The notes under the pieces: model-generated
Database searches by the model: none
What the model saw: the letters and a program-made list of their open reading frames with translations, nothing else
Told to the model about the DNA's origin: nothing
Shown: in pieces, positions 1 through 11,083 of the stretch
Numbering within the stretch: the stretch's first letter is position 1
How the letters are laid out: each line of letters begins with the position of its first letter
Program-made: the position numbers and the translations under genes
NCBI GenBank assembly: GCA_963823035.1
Contig: CAWGKG010000014.1
Span: 576,001 to 640,000 of the forward strand
Origin: an uncultured Gemmatimonadales bacterium
Lineage (GTDB): Bacteria; Gemmatimonadota; Gemmatimonadetes; Longimicrobiales; Gaopeijiaceae
Length of the DNA: 64,000 nucleotides
Direction: 5' to 3'

Positions 1-180
1 GGCGGCCTCGATCATCGCGAGGCCGATCCGGTCCTTCACGGACCCGCCCGGATTCATGAACTCGGCCTTCCCGTACACCGGGGTGCGACACCCGTCCGTG
101 ACGCGGTTGAGCCGGACCAAAGGGGTCCAGCCGACCATCTCGAGAACGTCCCCGTAGGGACGGCGGTGACGCTCGGACAT
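1..180 (-). CDS. Cysteine synthase / cystathionine beta-synthase family PLP enzyme, N-terminal part (runs off the window)
   Basis: Manual translation [27 protein letters not shown]...[16 protein letters not shown] contains the family PLP-lysine motif NPGGSVKDR. Confidence 0.9.
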   Translation of the reverse strand, partial: MSERHRRPYGDVLEMVGWTPLVRLNRVTDGCRTPVYGKAEFMNPGGSVKDRIGLAMIEAA

Positions 181-251
181 GCTGGGCTCCTGGGGAACGC
201 GGCGAGAACCCGTGGCGGTCACGAACCCGGGCAGGAGGGAGCCCTCGCCGG

Positions 252-668
252 TCAGCCGGAGGTCGCACGGGACTGCCCGCCCAGGGTGTCGGGGCGGGGG
301 CGCTTCGAGAAGTGCACGGGCACCTTCGCCCAGACCTCGATGCGCTTCCCGTCCCGCCGGGCCGGCCGGAAGCGGAGGTCCTTCGCGCCGCGGACGGCCG
401 CCGAGTCGAACGCGGCCTCGCCCGACGACTCCACGACCTCCACGCTGTCCACCTGGCCCGTGTCCGTGACGCGGACGCGCAGAAGGGTCTCGCCCTCCAT
501 TCCCTGATCCCACAGCCGCAGCGGATAGTCGATCGGGACTTCGCCGTAGAGGGGAGCCGGCTGGTCGACCTCACCTTCCCCGCCGCACGCCGGGACGAGG
601 AGCACGGCCGCCGCCCACGCGGCGGAAGCGGCCGGGAACCACAGCCTGAAACGGTCGAGACCTCTCAA
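252..668 (-). CDS. TonB C-terminal domain protein (short, lipoprotein-like N-terminus)
   Basis: YP...[36 protein letters not shown]...RFRPA is the TonB_C pattern; hydrophobic N-terminus ending VPAC. Confidence 0.85.
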   Translation of the reverse strand: MRGLDRFRLWFPAASAAWAAAVLLVPACGGEGEVDQPAPLYGEVPIDYPLRLWDQGMEGETLLRVRVTDTGQVDSVEVVESSGEAAFDSAAVRGAKDLRFRPARRDGKRIEVWAKVPVHFSKRPRPDTLGGQSRATSG

Positions 669-3275
669 GAATTCGCCTCTTTCCCGAGCTGGTACAGGAG
701 ATCCAGGGCCTCACGTGGCGTGAGCGCGTCCGGATCGACGGCGCGCAGCCTCGCCACCACCGGATGCTCCACCTGGAAGATCGACAGCTGGTCGGGTGGC
801 GCCTCCGACCGGGGACGATGCGCGCCCCGCCTGCCGAGGCCCTCGCCCCCGTGGCTATGTGTTCCTTCCAACTCCGCCAAAAGTTCCCGGGCACGCTCGA
901 TCACGTCCGACGGCAGCCCCGCGAGCCGCGCGACCTGGATGCCGTAGGACCGATCGGCGCCACCGTCGACGAGGCGGCGCAGGAAGACGATGTCCTCGCC
1001 CACCTCGCGGACCGAGACGTTCATGTTCTTCACGCCGCCCAGGAGGTCGCCCAGCTGCGTGAGCTCGTGGTAGTGCGTGGCGAAGATGGTCTTGGCGCCC
1101 AGCCGCTCGTGGATGTACTCGGTGACCGCCCACGCGATGGAGACGCCGTCGTACGTCGACGTTCCCCGCCCGATCTCGTCGAGGAGGACGAGCGATCGCT
1201 CCGTGGCACCGTGCACGATCGCGGCCGTCTCGCTCATCTCGACCATGAAGGTGGACTGTCCGCGGGCCAGGTTGTCGGACGCTCCGACCCGGGTGAAGAT
1301 CCGGTCGGTCACCGGGAGGCGCGCCTCGTCAGCAGGCACGAACGAGCCCATCTGCGCCAACAGCTGGATCAGCCCGACCTGGCGGAGCACCGTGCTCTTC
1401 CCGGCCATGTTCGGCCCGGTGAGGACGACGATCCACCCTTCGTCGGAGAGCGTCAGGTCGTTGGGGATGAACTCCTCGCGGGGCATGACCGTCTCGACCA
1501 CGGGATGGCGCCCCGCCCGGATCTCCAGCTCGAAGCCGGTGTGGATCTCGGGACGCACGTAGCCACGCCGCTCGGCCACACGCGCGAGCGTGGTCAGGAC
1601 GTCCAGCTCGGCGAGCCGGCTCCCCGCCTCCTGCAGCCGCGCCACCTCCGCCCCGAGGCTGGCGCGCAACTCGGCGAAGAGCCCCGCCTCGAGCTGGGCG
1701 ATGCGGTCCTCGGCCCCGAACACCTTCTCCTCCCACTCCTTCAGCTCGGGCGTGAAGTAGCGCTCGGCGCCCGTCAGCGTCTGCTTGCGGACGAAGTCGT
1801 CCGGCACGCGGTGGAGGTTGGACTTCGTCACCTCCAGGTAGTACCCGAACACCTTGTTGAAGCCGACCTTGAGCGAGCCGATGCCCGTGCGCTCGCGCTC
1901 GCGCGCCTGCAGACGGGCGATGAAGTCCACCGCGCCGTCGCGCACCTCCCGCAGCTCGTCCAGCTCGTCGGAGAACCCGGACCGGATGACGCCGCCCTCC
2001 TGCAGCGTGGCCGGCGGGTCCTCCGCGAGCGCGCGATCCAGGCGCTCGGCCACGTCCTCCAGGCAGTCGAGGTCGGCGGCCAGTCGCCTCAGGAGGTCCG
2101 ACGACGCGTCGGCTCCCGCGGACCGGATGGCAGGGAGGCGCCTCAGCGACCGTCGTAGCCCCGAGAGGTCGCGCGGTGCCACCCGCCCCGTACCCAGCTT
2201 TCCCGCCAGCCGCTCGAGGTCGCTCACGCCGGCGAGGGCGTCGCGCAGGGCGTCGCGCACCTTCGGGCGCTCGACCACCTCGGCGACCGCCTCCTGCCGG
2301 CCCCAGATCTCCTCGGGAACCACCAGCGGCTCGAGCACCCAACGGCGGAGGCGGCGCGCCCCCATGGCGGTCACCGTCTCGTCGAGCACGGCCAGAAGGG
2401 TGCTCTGCGCGCCGTCCTCGCCGGGCCGCAACGACTCCACCAGCTCGAGGTTGCGACGCGTCATGTCGTCGAGGACCATCACGCGCCCGGGACGCTCGAT
2501 GCGCACGGGGCGCAGGTGGCCGACGCCGGACGGCCGGATCTCGTTCAGGTACTGGACGAGCGCCCCGGTCGCGCGCACCAGGCACGCGTCCGACGACAGG
2601 AAGCCGAACCCCTCGAGCGACTGCACGGCGTAGATCCGGCGCAGCTCGTCGGCGCAGACATCGGCCTCGAACATCCAGTCGTCACGGTGCGTGCGCAGCG
2701 GTCCGTCGACCAACCCGCGCACCGCCGAGTCCTCCAGTGACCGGGGGAGCAGCAGCTCCGCGGCCTCCAGGCGACCCAGCTCGGCCGCGAGCTCCGTGGC
2801 CGGGACCTTCCGCGCGCTCAACTCTCCCGGTGGACACGTCCAGCGCCGCCAACCCCCACCCCACGTCGCCGTCCGGCACGAGCGCCACCAGGAAGTTGTT
2901 CCTGCGCTCGGAGAGGAGGGCGTCCGCCAGCACCGTGCCCGGCGTGACCGTCTCGGTCACCTCGCGCCGCACGATCCCCTTGGCGAGGGCGGGGTCCTCC
3001 ACCTGGTCGCAGATCGCGACCCGGCGGCCCAGCTTGACCAGGCGGGCGAGGTAGTCGTCCAGCGCCTTGGCCGGCACGCCCGCGAGCGGCACCTTCGCCG
3101 CCGCGCCGTTGTTGCGCGACGTGAGGGTCAGCCCCAGCAGGCGCGCCCCCTCCTCGGCGTCCGAATGGAACAGCTCGAAGAAGTCCCCGACCCGGAAGAA
3201 GAGGAGGGCGTCACGGTGGCGGGACTTGGCGTCCCGCCACTGTTGCATGAGGGGGGTGTCGTCGGAGTTGGCCAT
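665..3275 (-). CDS. mutS: DNA mismatch repair protein MutS, +1 frameshift near 2827
   Basis: N-terminal TPLMQQW..K...LLFFRVGDFFELF; C-terminal TGPNMAGKST, STFMVEM, DEIGRGTST, FATHYHELT. Removing one G at ~2827 joins the frames (..VSTGELSARKVP..). Confidence 0.95.
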
Positions 3276-3406
3276 GAGCGCTGTACGATACCCTGCGGCG
3301 CGCGGCGCGATCAACCGTGGCGCGACCGACTACCGCGTGGTCGGGGATCCAGTAGCTTCGGATGGGTAGAGGCGCACGAGACCACCTGAGGAGAAGCGCG
3401 CGAGCC

Positions 3407-3808
3407 ATGAGCACGGACCTGGCCTACGGCCTGAAGAAGATCTTGAACGTCTCCGTGGACGAAGCAGACCCGCGTGTTCGCGACGAGCTGAAGAAGGAGG
3501 GGTTCGGGGTCCTCACGGAGATCGACGTGAAGAGCACACTCAAGCAGAAGCTCGACGTCGACTTCAAGCCCTACCGGATCCTCGGCACCTGCAACCCCCC
3601 GCTGGCGCATCGGGCCCTGACGGAGGAGCTGGACATCGGCCTCCTCCTTCCGTGCAACGTAGTCGTGTACGAGGGGGAGGATCCGGGCACGACGGTGGTC
3701 GCGATCCTCGACCCCATCCTGCAGCTGGGTGTGGCCGGTCGCGACGACATGCGCCCGCTCGCGGAGGAGGTACGGGCGCGCATGGAGCGGGTGCTCTCCG
3801 CGCTCTAG
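3407..3808 (+). CDS. DUF302 domain protein
   Basis: GFGVLTEIDVKSTLKQKLDVDFKPYRILGTCNP...IGLLLPCNVVV is typical DUF302. Confidence 0.9.
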   Translation: MSTDLAYGLKKILNVSVDEADPRVRDELKKEGFGVLTEIDVKSTLKQKLDVDFKPYRILGTCNPPLAHRALTEELDIGLLLPCNVVVYEGEDPGTTVVAILDPILQLGVAGRDDMRPLAEEVRARMERVLSAL

Positions 3809-3836
3809 CAGATCCCGGGGACGGCGGGCGGCTTTC

Positions 3837-4400
3837 TCAGAGAACGCCCATCGCCCGCGCGAAGATCGCCAGGGCGATCACGATCACCGCCACGGTCGCC
3901 CAGGTCAGCACCTTGCGGAGCTCCAGGCTGCCGGGTCCCATCGCGCTCACGCCCGTGGCGTCGAGGCCACCGCTCCCTCGCCGCACGGTCGGGAGTTCCT
4001 CCAGGTTCTTCAGGAGCGAGCGGAGCTTGCCCTCGAGCTCGATCGGGTTCTCTGGCTTGGTGATGAAGTGGTTGCCGCCCAGCCCGTAGCTGAGGGCGAC
4101 GTCGTCGTCCCGATCGGAGGAGGTGAGGACGGCGACGGGGATCCTCCGCAGGGTCTCGTCGGCCTTCACGGCCTCCAGGACCTCGTGCCCGCTGCGCCCC
4201 GGCATCTTCAGGTCGAGGAGGATCAGGTCGGGGGTCAGGCTCAACGCGAGCTCCACCGCTTCGTTGCCGTTGCGCGCCCGGTGAACCTCCACCGGCACCC
4301 GCGTCGCGCGCGTCAGCGCCATCTCGATGAGCAACGCATGGTCGTCGTTGTCCTCGGCGAGGAGGACGTTCCACCGCGCTCGCTGCGTGGGGTGCTTCAT
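3837..4400 (-). CDS. Single-domain response regulator with a predicted C-terminal transmembrane helix
   Basis: VLLAEDN, PDLILLDLKMP, LTSS, FITKP receiver motifs; hydrophobic tail LTWATVAVIVIALAIFARAMGVL. Confidence 0.85.
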   Translation of the reverse strand: MKHPTQRARWNVLLAEDNDDHALLIEMALTRATRVPVEVHRARNGNEAVELALSLTPDLILLDLKMPGRSGHEVLEAVKADETLRRIPVAVLTSSDRDDDVALSYGLGGNHFITKPENPIELEGKLRSLLKNLEELPTVRRGSGGLDATGVSAMGPGSLELRKVLTWATVAVIVIALAIFARAMGVL

Positions 4401-5162
4401 CGTCCGGATCGCCCCTCCAGGTGCGCGTCCTTCACGAGGGTGGCCGAGAAACCCTGGTCCCGCACGAGCCGCAATATGTCGCCCGCCTCCTCCGCCGAGT
4501 CAAACCGCCCGACGCGCACGCGCACGAGCGGGCTTCCCGGGACGATGGCCAGACGGGCCTGGAACCCCGCCTCGACGGCCCTGTCCCGGAGCGCCACCGC
4601 GCGCCCGCGCTCAGAGAAGGCGCCGAGCTGGACGCTGAAGTTCCGCGTGTCGTCGACGCGTCCCCGGGGCGCGTCGTCGGCTTCCGGTCGCGCCGCCCGG
4701 CGGTAGGCAGGCGGAGGCGGACCGGCGCCCGCCAGCCAGGCCTCCGCGTCCCGCCGAGCGGAGCTGCCCGGATACTCGGTCATCAGCCTCGTCACGTCGT
4801 GCGCGGCCTCGGCGGAGTCCCCCGCTGCGAAGGCCGACTGCGCCAGGCGCAGGAGCGCCAGATCGGAGTAGGGTCCGCCGGGGAACTCGACGACGAGGCG
4901 CCTGAAGTCGAGGGTCGCCTCCACCGGATCCACGGTGAGCCGCCCCCGGAGCCAGAGCGCCCGTTGGACGTCCTTTCGGGAGGCGTCCGCGTAGTCGGCG
5001 TCCCACCATTCCTGCAGGACGTCGCGCGCATCTTCGGTGCGGCCCATGCGGGCCAGCTCCTCGACCTGATCGAGCCCGGCCGTCTGCCTCGCCAGCGCCG
5101 GCCCGGAGGGACGCGAGGAGCGCGACGAGCGCCAAACCGGCCGCCCAACCGCACGCTCTCAC
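4397..5162 (-). CDS. Exported TPR/BamD-like + SPOR domain protein, frameshift near 5090
   Basis: Signal-like VRACGWAAGLALVALLAS from a GTG overlapping the holA stop; FRRLVVEFPGGPYSDLALLRLAQ; C-terminal FSVQLGAFS...VRVRVGRF. Confidence 0.8.
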
Positions 5163-6178
5163 GCGGCCGCCTTGCGGGCCATCAGGCCCAGGAGCCACTC
5201 CTCGAGCAGATGCTCGTCGGTAAGGGGGCTCGCCTTCAGGAGTCGATCCACGCGCAGAAGGCCTTCGAGCGCCTCGTCGATCTCCTCGCTCCGCCAGCGC
5301 CGGGCTTGCGCGACCAGCCGCTTCGCCAGCCACCGCTGGTGTGGGGGGAGCGCGGCCTCCAGGGCACGCGGACCCTGGTCGGCGACGATGCCGAGGCGCA
5401 GGAAGTGCGTCGCGAGCGCGATCACGAGCCCCACACCGTTCTCCCCCTGCCCCAGGAGGACGCCGAGGGAGGCCAGCGCCCGGTCGAGGTGTCCGTCTCC
5501 GACCAGGTCGAGCCAACGCCAGCGGTCCTGCGAGGGGAGGCTCGTGCCGGCCGCCTCGACGTCCGCGAGCGCCACACGGGCGCGGGCGCCGACGAAGGCC
5601 TTCAGCTTCTCCAGCTCGCGGGAGAGGATGCCGAGGTTGGTGCCGATCGCCGCGCCGAGCGCCTGCGCGGCGTCCACATCGAGCTCCAGGGCGAAGCCCT
5701 CCCGCGCGCGCGTCATCAGCCATCCGGGCACGTCGGCCGCCGCGAGCGGCTGCAACTCGAGCGAGCGGGCCGTCTTCGCCAGCTCGCGGTAGAACTTCGC
5801 CTTGGATCCCTGGGGGACCGTGCAGGAGAGGATGAGCGCCAGCCCCGGCGGGGGGTCGGCCACGCACTGCAGGAGGATGTCTCGTGAGCGCGCGCTGGAG
5901 GCGAGCCCTTCCACCTCGCGCAGGACCACGACGCGCCATTCGGCCATCATCGGTGGCGTGCCGAGGATGGACGCGAGCGTCTCCGTGTCGACCTCGGTGC
6001 CGCGCAGGAAATCGAGGTTGAAGTCGCGGGTCGCGGGATCGAGGTGGGCCTGGATCAGCCCGCGGACGATCTCCTCCTTCCGGAAATCGTCGTCGCCGTG
6101 CAGGTAGAAGGCGCCGCCCCGTGCGCCGGCGAAGGAGGAAGGAAGGCTCGTCTTCCCTCCGCTATCGGTCCTGCTCAA
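5159..6178 (-). CDS. holA: DNA polymerase III delta subunit
   Basis: FYLHGDDDF, DFNLDFLRG, PMMAEWRVVVLRE, IGTNLGILSRELEKL, VDRLLK; about 340 aa. Confidence 0.9.
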   Translation of the reverse strand: MSRTDSGGKTSLPSSFAGARGGAFYLHGDDDFRKEEIVRGLIQAHLDPATRDFNLDFLRGTEVDTETLASILGTPPMMAEWRVVVLREVEGLASSARSRDILLQCVADPPPGLALILSCTVPQGSKAKFYRELAKTARSLELQPLAAADVPGWLMTRAREGFALELDVDAAQALGAAIGTNLGILSRELEKLKAFVGARARVALADVEAAGTSLPSQDRWRWLDLVGDGHLDRALASLGVLLGQGENGVGLVIALATHFLRLGIVADQGPRALEAALPPHQRWLAKRLVAQARRWRSEEIDEALEGLLRVDRLLKASPLTDEHLLEEWLLGLMARKAAA

Positions 6179-6719
6179 GGCCGGTTCGCAGGAACGGGGA
6201 CCGCGTGCCGTAGCGCTGGTAGAGCGGGGAGTGCTGGAAGAGCAGCACCGAGGCGTCGTCCCACAGGCCCGCGTTCGTCACGCGTTGCTGCGATCCGAAG
6301 TGGGGCGAGTACGCCGGGAAGGAGCGCAGGAAGGCGCGCGCGCGCGGGCGGGAGACGACGATGGGCTCGAGCTCCACGGTCGGCACCACCGACCGCAAGG
6401 CCGGAGACCAGGCGGCCGCGGCGAGCAGCACCGCCATCCCCACGAGGGCCAGCGCCGTGGTGCCGGAGCTCGTGTGGCTCCTCAGGGAAGCCTCCTCGTC
6501 GACGTGGTAGAGTCGGTGCTGCAGCCTGGGGGCGAAGTCCTCGATGACCTGGGCCTCCGGCAGCGAGCGGAGGAGCTCCGCTCCGCGAGCCATCACGTGC
6601 CGGTATCGGCGACACGTCGGGCAGTCCTCGAGGTGCTCTTCAGCGTCCTCGATGAATGCCTCGGGAGCCGTGCCGTCGTAGTAGCCCGAGAAGCCTTCGA
6701 CGAATTCCGTGCAGGTCAT
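6162..6719 (-). CDS. Zinc-finger (zf-HC2) anti-sigma factor with TM helix
   Basis: MTC...HLEDCPTC (HxxxCxxC) followed by a TM segment; directly downstream of an ECF sigma. Confidence 0.85.
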   Translation of the reverse strand: MTCTEFVEGFSGYYDGTAPEAFIEDAEEHLEDCPTCRRYRHVMARGAELLRSLPEAQVIEDFAPRLQHRLYHVDEEASLRSHTSSGTTALALVGMAVLLAAAAWSPALRSVVPTVELEPIVVSRPRARAFLRSFPAYSPHFGSQQRVTNAGLWDDASVLLFQHSPLYQRYGTRSPFLRTGLEQDR

Positions 6720-6922
6720 GAAGGGCGAGCCCTCCGCGCCGTGGTTCACCAGCGATCGCATGAGTCGCAGGAGCGATGTTCGACGGTGATACTGCCATCC
6801 CGCCGGGCGGGTTCCATGTTCCCCGGTCCGCGGCGCGTGCCCCCGGACGCACCGCAGCCCCACCGGCGCCGAGCCGGTGGGGCTGCCCCCATCCCCGCCA
6901 CCCCTCTCAGGGCCCGCTCTGG

Positions 6923-7576
6923 TCAGTCGATCATGGGCGCGATGATCTGGGCGAAGTTGTTCCGCGCACGGTTCAGCCGGCTCTTCACCGTGCCGAGGTT
7001 GCAGCCGGTGATGTCGGCGATCTCCTCGTAGGTCTTCCCCTCGAGCTCGCGCAACACGAAGACGATGCGGTGGTGCTCCGGAAGCTGCTTCACGGCCTCC
7101 TCCACCTTCTCCCGCAGGTGCCGCTTGCGGAACAGGTCGTCCGGCTTGTACTGCGTGTCCTCCCACTCCAGCGGCCGATGGTCCGCGTCCCAGTTCTTCT
7201 TGATCGTCTGGAAGAGGACGAGCGGGTTGCGGGAGCGGTTGCGCAGCTCGTTCTTCGCCAGGTTGCTCGCGATCGTGTAGATCCACGTCGAGAACTTCTT
7301 CGTCTGGTCGAAGCGCTGCAGGTGTCGGTAGACCCGCACGAAGGTCTCCTGGACCAGATCCTGCGCCCGCTCGCGGTCGCCGATCGTGCGGTATACGAAG
7401 TTCAGGAGGCGCTGGTCATACCGGCTCACGAGTTCGCCGAACGCGCGTGCGTCTCCCTCCAGAGACGTCTGCACCACGTCGTTGTCCGAAAGCTCCCTGA
7501 GCCGCTGGCGATGCTCCGACGCCTCGCCTGGCGGGCGTCGCAGGTTGCCCTTGCTCTTGGTGCTGGACTTGGCCAC
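6923..7576 (-). CDS. ECF sigma-70 factor (RpoE/SigW-like)
   Basis: AFGELVSRY, AQDLVQETFVRVY, FSTWIYTIASN, YEEIADITGCNLGTVKSRLNRAR; GTG start with purine-rich RBS. Confidence 0.93.
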   Translation of the reverse strand: MAKSSTKSKGNLRRPPGEASEHRQRLRELSDNDVVQTSLEGDARAFGELVSRYDQRLLNFVYRTIGDRERAQDLVQETFVRVYRHLQRFDQTKKFSTWIYTIASNLAKNELRNRSRNPLVLFQTIKKNWDADHRPLEWEDTQYKPDDLFRKRHLREKVEEAVKQLPEHHRIVFVLRELEGKTYEEIADITGCNLGTVKSRLNRARNNFAQIIAPMID

Positions 7577-7719
7577 GTCGTCCCCCTCTCTCACGTCATG
7601 GTGACCTGACCGCCCCAATGGCGCAGATCCGTCCTTCCAATCCTGGGGATGCAGGCCCCGTGCCACCGGGGAACAGCCCACTCCCGCCAGGGCCTCTCGC
7701 CCTTCCGTCCTCTCCTTAT

Positions 7720-7746
7720 GACGTCCGAACGAGGCAAAATGGGACA
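7720..7746 (-). promoter_or_regulatory. Candidate ECF promoter TGTCCC-N17-CGTC upstream of the sigma gene
   Basis: Minus strand reads TGTCCC attttgcctcgttcgga CGTCATAA. Confidence 0.5.
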
Positions 7747-7762
7747 CGGCGCGCAGCGTGCT

Positions 7763-8341
7763 TCACGCTTCCGTCTCCCCCTTCCCCACCACGAACATCG
7801 CTGCGTACAGGATGGTCGCGACGCTCTTGCAGTCGATGATCTCCCCCCTGCGCACCATCTCCACGGCCTCCGAGAAACGGACGCGGAGGACCTCCACGAA
7901 CTCGTCGTCGTCGAGGTTCGACGCCCCTTCCTCGAGCCCGTCCGCCACGAACAGCCGGATGGTCTCGTCCGTGAAGCCCGGCGTGGTCAGGATCCGCGTG
8001 AGCGGAACCAGACGCCGCGCCCGGCGTCCCGTCTCCTCCTCCAGCTCCCTCGCCGCACAGGCCTCCCAGGGCTCCTCGGGCCCGAGGGGCAGCCCCGCCG
8101 GCACCTCGTGGATGTAGCCGCCGGCGGCGTACCGGTACTGCCTGAGGAGGAGGATCTCGGGATCCTCTTCCTCGACCGATCCCACCACCGGGAGCACCGC
8201 CGACGCCCCGGGGTGCCGGATCATCTCCAACTCTCCGGTCGAGCCGTCGGGAAAGCGCACGGTGTCGATGCTCAGCTTGACGATCCTGCCGTCGTGGACG
8301 ATCCGGCTCTCGAGCCGGCCGGGTGAAGCTGCTTCGCTCAC
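7763..8341 (-). CDS. NUDIX hydrolase (ADP-ribose pyrophosphatase-like)
   Basis: HPGASAVLP, RQYRY, EVPAG...CAARELEEETG Nudix box. Confidence 0.92.
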   Translation of the reverse strand: MSEAASPGRLESRIVHDGRIVKLSIDTVRFPDGSTGELEMIRHPGASAVLPVVGSVEEEDPEILLLRQYRYAAGGYIHEVPAGLPLGPEEPWEACAARELEEETGRRARRLVPLTRILTTPGFTDETIRLFVADGLEEGASNLDDDEFVEVLRVRFSEAVEMVRRGEIIDCKSVATILYAAMFVVGKGETEA

Positions 8342-8399
8342 ACGTCCCTCCAGGGCGCACGGGTTCGTGCCCCGACCCGACTGGCTTCCACCTCTTGGA

Positions 8400-8424
8400 T
8401 ACGAGAGCCGGCCGGAACGGTTGC
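8400..8424 (-). promoter_or_regulatory. Candidate ECF promoter GCAAC-N16-CGTA upstream of the NUDIX gene
   Basis: Minus strand GCAAC cgttccggccggctct CGTATC. Confidence 0.5.
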
Positions 8425-8443
8425 ACGGAGTTGGATCGGGGGG

Positions 8444-9806
8444 TCAGCCGCCCGGAGACGACCTCGACCGGTCCGATGGAAAGCGCCTCCAGCGCCGGGG
8501 CCACCGTGGCCGCGTCCCCCACGACCACGATCTGGGCTTCACCGGGCCGGACGTGTCGACGCCCGACCTCGGCCGTCTCCTCCACCGTCACGGCGCGAAT
8601 CCGGCCGCGGTAGGTGGCGTGGTAGTCCTCGGGGAGGCCGAACACCACCTGCTCGACGATGCGGCTCGCTACCTGGCCGGCGCTCTCCAGGCGCAGGGGA
8701 AAGACCCCCGCGATGTAGTCGCGGGACGCCACCACTTCCTCCTCGGTCGGCCCACCTTCGACCAGGCGCTCGAGCTCCCCCAGGATCTCGCGCACCGCGG
8801 GGGCGGTGACCTCGCTCCCCACCGCCGTGCTGACCTGGAAGGAGCCGGGGCGGCTCCGCAGCGCGAAACGGGAGCGCACGCCGTACGTGAAGCCGTTCCG
8901 CTCGCGCAGGTTGAGGTTGAGCCGGCTCGTGAAGGCACCGCCCAGGAGGGTGTTCATCACGGACAGCGCGTAGACGTCCGGGTTGGACCGCTCCACGCCC
9001 AGGTGCCCGACGCGGATCTCCGACTGCACGGCCCCCGGCCGATCGACGATCCATACGCGGCGCTCGGTCGTCACGGGCTCGACGGCGAACGCCTCCCCCG
9101 CCGGCGGGCTACCGTCCCATCCGCCCAGGCCGTCCCGCACCAACGCCTCGATCTCGGACACGTCCACGTCGCCCGCCACGACCAGCCCGCCCGTGGCGGG
9201 GCGATACCACGCAGAGGCGTACTCGGCGAGCGCCTCGCGCGCCACGCCCTCGACGGAGGCCACCGAGCCGCCCAGCGGGCGGGCGTAGGGCACGGCGGCG
9301 GCGAAGATGCGTCGGGCCGCCTGGTCGCCCGCGAGCGAGGACGGATCCATCGCGCGCTGGCGGATCTGGGCCAGCTGCTGGTCGCGCGCCCTCGTCACTT
9401 CCTCCTCCGGGAACTCGGGCTCGAGCAGGGTCTCGGCGAGGATGGCGACCGCCTCCTCCAGTCGCTCGGCGAGGCACGACAGCGAGATCGTGGTGCCCTC
9501 CCACCCGGTGGACACGCCCATACGTGCGCCCAGGCGCTCGAGGGACTCCGCCAGCTCGGTGCCGCTGCGCCGCTTCGTCCCGCCCTCGAGGGCGTCACCG
9601 GCCAGCACGGCGAGGCCGGCGCGGTCCTCCGCCAGGGCGGACTCCCCGGCGCGCACGAACAGGTTCGCGCTCACGACGGGGAGGCGGGAGAGCCGCGCGA
9701 CCCGCAGGTCGAGGCCCCCGCCCAGCTCGCGGTGGTCCACGTCCGGGAAGTCGAAGGGACGGATGGCGGCGGACCGCGGCGGTGCCGTCCGGTCCACGGG
9801 CGTCAT
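8444..9806 (-). CDS. M16 (pitrilysin family) peptidase, non-catalytic subunit, cytoplasmic; probable stop at 8444 masked by a 1-nt insertion
   Basis: No HxxEH; LGGAFTSRLNLNLRERNGFTYG motif; homology-like sequence ends at GPVEVVSG. Confidence 0.85.
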
Positions 9807-11080
9807 GGCTTCTCCTCCGGCACGTAGGTCACGACGGCGCGGTTGTCGGGGCCCAGACGATCCGCGGCGAACCGGCGCACGGCCGCGACGTCCACGGCGC
9901 GCAGGCGATCCACCTCCTGGTTCAATCGCTCAGGCTCGTCGAAGTAGAGGTTGAACATGGAGAGGAGGTCGGCCCGCTCGCCGACCGGCTCGAGCCCGCG
10001 GACCAGGTCGGTCTCCGAGACCGCCACGGCCCGCTCCACCTCGTGGCTCTCGGCGGCGACGAGCCCCTCGATCTCCTCCGCCAGCGCCTCCTCCAACTTC
10101 TCCGGGGACGCGCCCGGATAGCCGGTCGCCCACACCAGGAGCAGCGAAGCGCCCGTCAGAAGTGGGAAGGCGTACGACACCACGTCCTTGGCCGCACGGC
10201 GCTCCCGCACCAGCCGCCGGTAGAGGCGGGAGGCCCGGCCCGTCCCCAGAACCGCCCTGGCCACCTCCGCCACGGCGAACTCGTCCGAGGAATAGGGGGG
10301 GATGCGGAACGCCATGATGACCCGGGGCAGCGGAACGTCCGCCACCACCCGCTCGCGCACCGTCTCCCCGATCAGGGGCGCGACGTCCGTCTCCCCGGGA
10401 AGGGGAGGGATCGGGGCCCCGGCCGGGATGTCGCCGAACCAGCGCTCGATCCGCTCCATGACCCCGAGCGCGTCGAAGTCGCCCGCCACCGTGAGCACGG
10501 CGTTGTTGGGCACGTAGAAGGTGCGGAAGAACGCGGCCACGTCGTCCAGGGTGGCGGCGTCCAGGTCCTCCATCGACCCGATGACCGTGTGGTGGTAGGG
10601 GTGCGATTCCGGAAAGACGAGCCGCTGGACGCGCTCGTCCCAGTCGCCGTACGGCTGGTTGTCGTAGCGCTGGCGCTTCTCGTTCTTCACCACGTCGCGC
10701 TGGTTGTCGAGCTTCTCCTGCGTCATCGCCGGGAGCATCCAGCCCATCCGGTCGGACTCCAGCCAGAGCGCAAGGTCCAGGTGGTGCGAGGGGACGGTCT
10801 CGAAGTAGTTCGTCCGGTCGTACCAGGTGCTGGCGTTGAGGGAGCCTCCGGCGCGCTCGATCAGCTCGAAGTGCCGGTTCTTGGGGACGTGCTCCGAGCC
10901 CTGGAACATCATGTGCTCGAAGAGATGCGCGAAGCCGGTGCGCCCGGCCTGCTCGTTCCGCGAGCCCACGCCGTACCAGAGGTTCACCGCCACGACCGGC
11001 ACCGACGTGTCGTGCGAGAGGACGATCCTGAGCCCGTTCGCGAGCGTGTGCCGCTCGACGGGGATGGAGAGAACCGACAT
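9803..11080 (-). CDS. M16 peptidase, catalytic subunit, cytoplasmic
   Basis: GRTGFAHLFEHMMFQGS (HxxEH), NAST..DRTNY, LESDRM; no signal peptide. Confidence 0.93.
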   Translation of the reverse strand: MSVLSIPVERHTLANGLRIVLSHDTSVPVVAVNLWYGVGSRNEQAGRTGFAHLFEHMMFQGSEHVPKNRHFELIERAGGSLNASTWYDRTNYFETVPSHHLDLALWLESDRMGWMLPAMTQEKLDNQRDVVKNEKRQRYDNQPYGDWDERVQRLVFPESHPYHHTVIGSMEDLDAATLDDVAAFFRTFYVPNNAVLTVAGDFDALGVMERIERWFGDIPAGAPIPPLPGETDVAPLIGETVRERVVADVPLPRVIMAFRIPPYSSDEFAVAEVARAVLGTGRASRLYRRLVRERRAAKDVVSYAFPLLTGASLLLVWATGYPGASPEKLEEALAEEIEGLVAAESHEVERAVAVSETDLVRGLEPVGERADLLSMFNLYFDEPERLNQEVDRLRAVDVAAVRRFAADRLGPDNRAVVTYVPEEKP

Positions 11081-11083
11081 CGG

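Noticed and set aside
7716..8443. 250-aa C-terminal extension of the M16 subunit overlapping the NUDIX gene
   Set aside because: Junk composition; a 1-nt insertion bypasses the TGA at 8444, and an intergenic promoter-like motif follows
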